From Gammaproteobacteria bacterium (lineage in GTDB: Bacteria; Pseudomonadota; Gammaproteobacteria; Ga0077536): a DNA stretch of 64,000 bases. Each line of letters opens with the position of its first letter. Position 1 is the first letter of the stretch. This document shows positions 59,372-64,000 of this stretch, one piece after another. The position numbers and the translations under genes were made by a program. The notes beneath the pieces were generated by a model, which was given only the letters and a program-made list of their open reading frames with translations, was not told where the DNA came from and made no database searches. The DNA is taken from assembly GCA_009692265.1 (NCBI GenBank), contig SHZM01000005.1:12459-76458 (forward strand). Direction: 5' to 3'.

Positions 59372-60874
59372 TCACGGACTCCGCTCAAAATAGCGCTCGA
59401 TAAGATTGGGATCATCAAAATGCCGGCGCCCGATAAAGGCGCTCGCGTGATGCCCACGCGAGCGCATCGCGCCAGGTGCCGGTACGCCTAGTGGCCACAG
59501 GACAAAACGTTCGGTCCGCGAGCTGCTCCAGACAATCCCGTCATTGCCAAAAAGTCCGCGCCGCGAACTTGCGTACGGCAGGCTGCGCAGTTCGTCGTAG
59601 TCGCGCAACGCTACGGGAACACCGCGTCCGGAGGCGTTGGTAATGGCCAACACGTAATGCGTTCCGGCAGCGAGAGTCAGCGCTAGCGGACCGGGCGAAA
59701 GCGCCATCGGCACCCATAACGGTTCCTCTGCGTCCTGCTGCGGTCGTTGTCGAAGACGGTCGGTCGGATAGAACTGGTGGTAGCAACCGCAGTTATGCAT
59801 CGCTTCGTACAACAGCGGTGTTCCGTCGGCATCGAGTGTGACCCGCCACGTCATGCCATCCAGGTGGCCGGCGAGCAGATCGAAGCGGCTCTCGGCGGTA
59901 CGCGCCGGAAACCACACCACATAATTAAGCTGCAATAATGCAACGTGCGCGAAGCGCGTGAAACTCGCGTAGTGGTAAAGCACCGGTGTTGAGGTATCGA
60001 TCTCGATCCGGCCGTCACGCCAAAGCACTTGCCCGATCTGGTCATCGTCCGAGTGGCTTGCGACTGTCCACAGTGGCGCATGCAGCGCAAAGCGCTGCGC
60101 GAGTTCAGAGGATCCGATCTGCACCCTGCCCAAGGCATCACGTGGAAACGTCGAGAATTCCCCCAACACCTTTGGACGCGGGGTTGGCCAGCGATAGGTG
60201 ATGGCCGGTGTCGAACCGCTCAGCGCGTGGGTTGTCACTGGGTGGTCTCGGTGCAGGCGACGGATCCCGGCGCGCGCAAAGTGCGCCGCGAGCGGATACA
60301 ACCCGAGCACTCGCCCCCAGTCGCTGTATTCATCCGGAATTTCTGTCGCCGCCATTTTTTGCGTTAGCGCTGAGTTGTCCATGAGCCGAGTGACAAGTTG
60401 CGCGCGACACTGGGCGAGTCGCTTCAGACCGGGTAAACGGCCTCGATGGAGCGAGGCGACATTGGCGAGTTCAGCCGCCCGCGCACTGGCGTCCAAACCA
60501 GCGGCGGCGGCTAACCACGCGGAACGAACCTCGTGATTACTCAACTCACTCGCGTACGAAGCGAGGAAGCGATCGATCCGCAAATACGGTATCCCCGATG
60601 GTGCGACTCCTTCACTGTCGCGCAGGCCACTACGTGCCAAGGCTTCGTCGAGCTGCCGAAATTCCTCGAGACATTGCCGATCTTCGACCCTCGTCGCGTG
60701 CGGGGTCAGCAGGAGCGGCTGAGTGCAACCAACCAGCAGGATCAGGCCCAAACCCAGCAACATCAGGTGAACGGCGAGTGCGGCGTGACCCATTGCGTGC
60801 CTGTCAATTGATCGGATTTGTTGCATGACTTGAGAGACAGTAAATAGGCGTTGACACCTTCCCGCAGTGTACAA
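59372..60874 (-). CDS. hypothetical lipoprotein with HNCGCYH motif (start uncertain)
   Basis: Lipobox-like LLVGC; PYLRIDRFL; QLNYVVWFPAR; GHLDG..WRVTL; GHHA.AFIGRRHFDD. Confidence 0.75.
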   Translation of the reverse strand: MYTAGRCQRLFTVSQVMQQIRSIDRHAMGHAALAVHLMLLGLGLILLVGCTQPLLLTPHATRVEDRQCLEEFRQLDEALARSGLRDSEGVAPSGIPYLRIDRFLASYASELSNHEVRSAWLAAAAGLDASARAAELANVASLHRGRLPGLKRLAQCRAQLVTRLMDNSALTQKMAATEIPDEYSDWGRVLGLYPLAAHFARAGIRRLHRDHPVTTHALSGSTPAITYRWPTPRPKVLGEFSTFPRDALGRVQIGSSELAQRFALHAPLWTVASHSDDDQIGQVLWRDGRIEIDTSTPVLYHYASFTRFAHVALLQLNYVVWFPARTAESRFDLLAGHLDGMTWRVTLDADGTPLLYEAMHNCGCYHQFYPTDRLRQRPQQDAEEPLWVPMALSPGPLALTLAAGTHYVLAITNASGRGVPVALRDYDELRSLPYASSRRGLFGNDGIVWSSSRTERFVLWPLGVPAPGAMRSRGHHASAFIGRRHFDDPNLIERYFERSP

Positions 60875-60888
60875 TCGCCCGCCATCCT

Positions 60889-61959
60889 ATGCCCCCAGAT
60901 CGCCACACCGAAGCCGCGCCCATCGCCCACCGTGTCCTCACGGAGTACGGGGTCGAAGCAATCGAGTTGATTCCAATCACCGAAGGCCTGATCAACTTAA
61001 CCTGGCGAGTACAGTCCAGCAGCGGCGGGTGCTTTATCCTGCAACGACTTCATGCGATTTCCCCGCCATCTGTAAATCTGAATCTGCGCGAGGTAACCGC
61101 GCACCTGGCCGCGAGAGGACGAGTAACACCGCAACTTGTCGCGACCACCGTGGGTGCCTGGTGGGTCGACGACGGCAGGGCGATTTGGAGACTACAGACC
61201 TTTGTCGATGGTCGCAGCTTCGCGATTCTGCCCGATCTCGCCCACGCCACTGCCGCCGGGTGTCTGCTCGGGGATTTTCATCGCGCGCTAAGTGATTTCA
61301 CCAAGGAGTTGCCCTGCCCACGTGCGCCCGTGCATGCGCCACTGCGGCATTTCGCCGCGTTGGAAACCGCACTCACCACATCCAATCATCGCCTACTGCA
61401 CGAGGTCAGGCTGCTTGCGCTGGTGATTACACAGGCATTTAACGGGATGCCCGAGATTCCGGCGCAACCGCTGCGGTTAGTCCACGGTGATCCCAAGCTA
61501 TCGAACCTGCTCTTCGGCTCCTTCGCGACGCCGCGCTGTCTGGTCGATCTCGATACGGTTGGATTCGCGCCCCTAGCCTATGAACTCGGAGACGCGTTTC
61601 GTTCGTGGTGTAACCCCGAACCCGAGGATGGGATCGAAGCGCGCTTTAACTTGACGTTATTCACGGCCGCACTTGAAGGGTATGCCGCAGTCGCCGACTT
61701 CATCAGCGCAAGTGAAATAGACGCGATCGTGCCCGCCACCGAAGTGATTTATCTCGAACTCGCGGCGCGCTTCGCGACTGACGCGATCAATGAATCGTAT
61801 TTCGGTTGGGACCCCGCTCGCTTTGCAAATCGCGGCGAACACAATCTAGTGCGCGCACGCAATCAACTCCAGGCCGCGCGATCTCTGCACGCGCAACGCG
61901 CGGACGCGGAGGCTGCAGTCCGGCGTGCATTTGGCGCCCATTCCAGTCGCCCAAGCTGA
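60889..61959 (+). CDS. APH/choline-kinase-like phosphotransferase
   Basis: GLINLTW, ILQRL, VHGDPKLSN, VDLDTV, ELGDAFRSWCN. Confidence 0.88.
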   Translation: MPPDRHTEAAPIAHRVLTEYGVEAIELIPITEGLINLTWRVQSSSGGCFILQRLHAISPPSVNLNLREVTAHLAARGRVTPQLVATTVGAWWVDDGRAIWRLQTFVDGRSFAILPDLAHATAAGCLLGDFHRALSDFTKELPCPRAPVHAPLRHFAALETALTTSNHRLLHEVRLLALVITQAFNGMPEIPAQPLRLVHGDPKLSNLLFGSFATPRCLVDLDTVGFAPLAYELGDAFRSWCNPEPEDGIEARFNLTLFTAALEGYAAVADFISASEIDAIVPATEVIYLELAARFATDAINESYFGWDPARFANRGEHNLVRARNQLQAARSLHAQRADAEAAVRRAFGAHSSRPS

Positions 61960-62005
61960 AGGTTTTTTGCCTTCACAGTGATGAAATAAATGGGTTACCT
62001 TTCCC

Positions 62006-62620
62006 TTAACCCGCCGCCGACTCTCCCGGTGCGGCCCGCGCGTGGCACAGGATGTCGAAATTCACCACGCAACGTGGATCACGTTTCGGGATCCCACCGC
62101 CATGGTAAATCGTGCCGTCGAAGACCAGCAGTCGTCCTTTCTTTGGTTCAACTTCCTGGATCACTTCTTTTTGTTTATTGAAGAACACGGTATTGCCGTC
62201 GGCATCGTTGACGTAGTAAAGCAAAACCGTATGCGCATACGGAAAATCCACGTGTGGCTTGTAATGCTTCTGTTCAGTTTGGTAGGGAAGAATTAAATAA
62301 ATTCTGGCGGCGAGGATCTCGCGCAGGATCAACTCGTAGGAACGACAGAAAATTCGCGGAATCTCAAAGAAATTATCGAAATGGACTGAACTTCCAGCGG
62401 CGGATTTCAGTACGTGAAAGAACGACATCGGTGCGCGGCCTTGGTCATCGACCGCGGTGTCCTCGTATTTGCATTTGAACTCGACGTTCGGATGAATGAC
62501 CTTGTCGGGAATGCCTTTGTCGAAGGTGCGTCCGAGGATCTGCAGGGCGTAGTAATCCTGCAGATATTCCGGGATCAAGTCGTCATAGACTTGAATGAAC
62601 ATGGTGTTATCGGCTGGCAT
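62006..62620 (-). CDS. 2OG-Fe(II) oxygenase-like protein
   Basis: [39 protein letters not shown] (HxD...H triad plus Arg). Confidence 0.78.
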   Translation of the reverse strand: MPADNTMFIQVYDDLIPEYLQDYYALQILGRTFDKGIPDKVIHPNVEFKCKYEDTAVDDQGRAPMSFFHVLKSAAGSSVHFDNFFEIPRIFCRSYELILREILAARIYLILPYQTEQKHYKPHVDFPYAHTVLLYYVNDADGNTVFFNKQKEVIQEVEPKKGRLLVFDGTIYHGGGIPKRDPRCVVNFDILCHARAAPGESAAG

Positions 62621-63527
62621 TCGGCTGAATAGTTCGCGCGTAGGGTAATCCTGTCAACGGTGGTCTCGATCCCTCAAGCAGCCATTCCTCGACCTTGAGT
62701 CGCTGCTCGCCGCGCGCGCCCAAACTCGCGAAATCAAACGCCGACGGATCAGCCAGATGCGATGGGGTGACGTTTTGCAGACTGCGGAACACATTTTCGA
62801 CTCGCCCCGGGGTTTGACGATCCCATTCTTTCAACATCTGCTTGATGTTCTTACGCTGCAGTTGTTCCTGGCTGCCGCATAGATTGCACGGGATGATTGG
62901 AAACTCACGCGCCTGCGCGTAGCGCGCGATATCCTCTTCCTTGCAGTACGCTAACGGACGGATCACGACGTTGTCACCATCGTCGGAGAGGAGTTTCGGC
63001 GGCATCGCTTTCAGGCGCGAGCCGAAGAACATGTTCAGAAACAGGGTTTCGACGATGTCGTCGCGGTGATGCCCTAGCGCAATTTTCGTGATCCCGTTGT
63101 TGCGCGCGAAGGTATACAAAATACCGCGGCGCAGCCGCGAGCACAGGCCACACATGGTTTTGCCTTCCGGCACGACGCGCTGGACAACGCTGTAGGTATC
63201 CTGCTCCAGGATATGGAATTCGAGGCCGATCGCGCGCAAATACTCCGGCAGGATTTCGGGCGGGTAGCCCGGCTGTTTCTGGTCGAGGTGAACCGGGATC
63301 AATTCAAAGGTGACCGGTGCTTTTTTCTGCAACGCGAGCAGGATATCGAGCAGGGTGTATGAATCTTTGCCGCCGGACAGACACACCATCACCCGATCGC
63401 CGTGCTCAATCATGTTGTAATCGGCGATCGCCTGCCCGACCTGCCGTCGCAGGCGCTGCTGCAATTTGCCGTATTCGTAGCGCGCACGCTCGGCGCGGGG
63501 CTTAAATTTAAGACGGATCGCGTCCAT
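62607..63527 (-). CDS. ttcA: tRNA 2-thiocytidine(32) synthetase
   Basis: SGGKDS PP-loop, [31 protein letters not shown]. Confidence 0.96.
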   Translation of the reverse strand: MDAIRLKFKPRAERARYEYGKLQQRLRRQVGQAIADYNMIEHGDRVMVCLSGGKDSYTLLDILLALQKKAPVTFELIPVHLDQKQPGYPPEILPEYLRAIGLEFHILEQDTYSVVQRVVPEGKTMCGLCSRLRRGILYTFARNNGITKIALGHHRDDIVETLFLNMFFGSRLKAMPPKLLSDDGDNVVIRPLAYCKEEDIARYAQAREFPIIPCNLCGSQEQLQRKNIKQMLKEWDRQTPGRVENVFRSLQNVTPSHLADPSAFDFASLGARGEQRLKVEEWLLEGSRPPLTGLPYARTIQPNASR

Positions 63528-63595
63528 TGGAGACTTCGTCGTTGTGGGTTGGGTACGTTACAGCAGCCCACCTGGCGGATAAAGCACCGCGGACT

Positions 63596-64000
63596 TCAGG
63601 GCGTAACAGCGGCCTCGGAAGAGCCTAAAGAGGGAAGGCTTTTAAGCCGCGCGCGCAAGACCTCCGCCTTAGCCTCATCCCCACCCAGAAAGCCTGGTGC
63701 CTCAGCGTAATACTGCGCGAGATCGGCGAGTGCGCCGGAATTATTGGGGTTGATCTGGACCGCGCGTTCAAACGAATCGCGAGTCAGCTTCGCGAATTTC
63801 ACGGCACTGAACCAGCTCGCTTGCTCGGCCAACCGGCCGTACGCGCGTCCACGCCAGTGAAAGTAGTCATCATTGGTTGGCGCTATCGCGATTGCGACAT
63901 CGAGCGCCGCTGCGGCACCTGCATATTCTTTCGCCTCGAACATACGCACGCCTTCGGCAAAGGCCAATGCGGGGTCTTGGTCGAGAGTGTCTGCGAATAC
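63596..64000 (-). CDS. TPR-containing protein, 5' end outside the window
   Basis: YFHWRGRAYG, FERAVQINPNN, YYAEAPGFLGG. Confidence 0.75.
   Translation of the reverse strand, partial: VFADTLDQDPALAFAEGVRMFEAKEYAGAAAALDVAIAIAPTNDDYFHWRGRAYGRLAEQASWFSAVKFAKLTRDSFERAVQINPNNSGALADLAQYYAEAPGFLGGDEAKAEVLRARLKSLPSLGSSEAAVTP

Overview
Chromosomal window from a moderately GC-rich bacterium that looks gammaproteobacterial (rep, crp, gshA, yajQ, ttcA, trpE, FimV-like gene). I saw no rRNA, tRNA, CRISPR array or intact transposase. Core genes (rep, groES/groEL with a CIRCE box, crp, gshA, trpE, an M16 peptidase, yajQ, ttcA) are intact. Many accessory genes are broken by nonsense codons, frameshifts, short tandem duplications or deletions: a PHA/azoreductase/epoxide hydrolase block at about 8.2-13.5 kb, copC/copD, a fimV-like gene and one cNMP-binding paralog. 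The most unusual locus (47.1-53.9 kb) is a divergent pair of paralogs flanking a DUF465 gene. Both have the architecture [degenerate cNMP]-[intact cNMP]-[rhodanese]-[long repetitive coiled coil]. The intact 1183-aa copy has 43/39-residue repeats and a candidate CRP site upstream. Other items: four MITE-like repeats, several sigma54-type promoters upstream of genes of unknown function, a split urea-carboxylase-like operon, an hpnN-copCD operon, and a 2OG-Fe(II) oxygenase coupled to ttcA. All family calls come from motif recognition by eye, not database searches.
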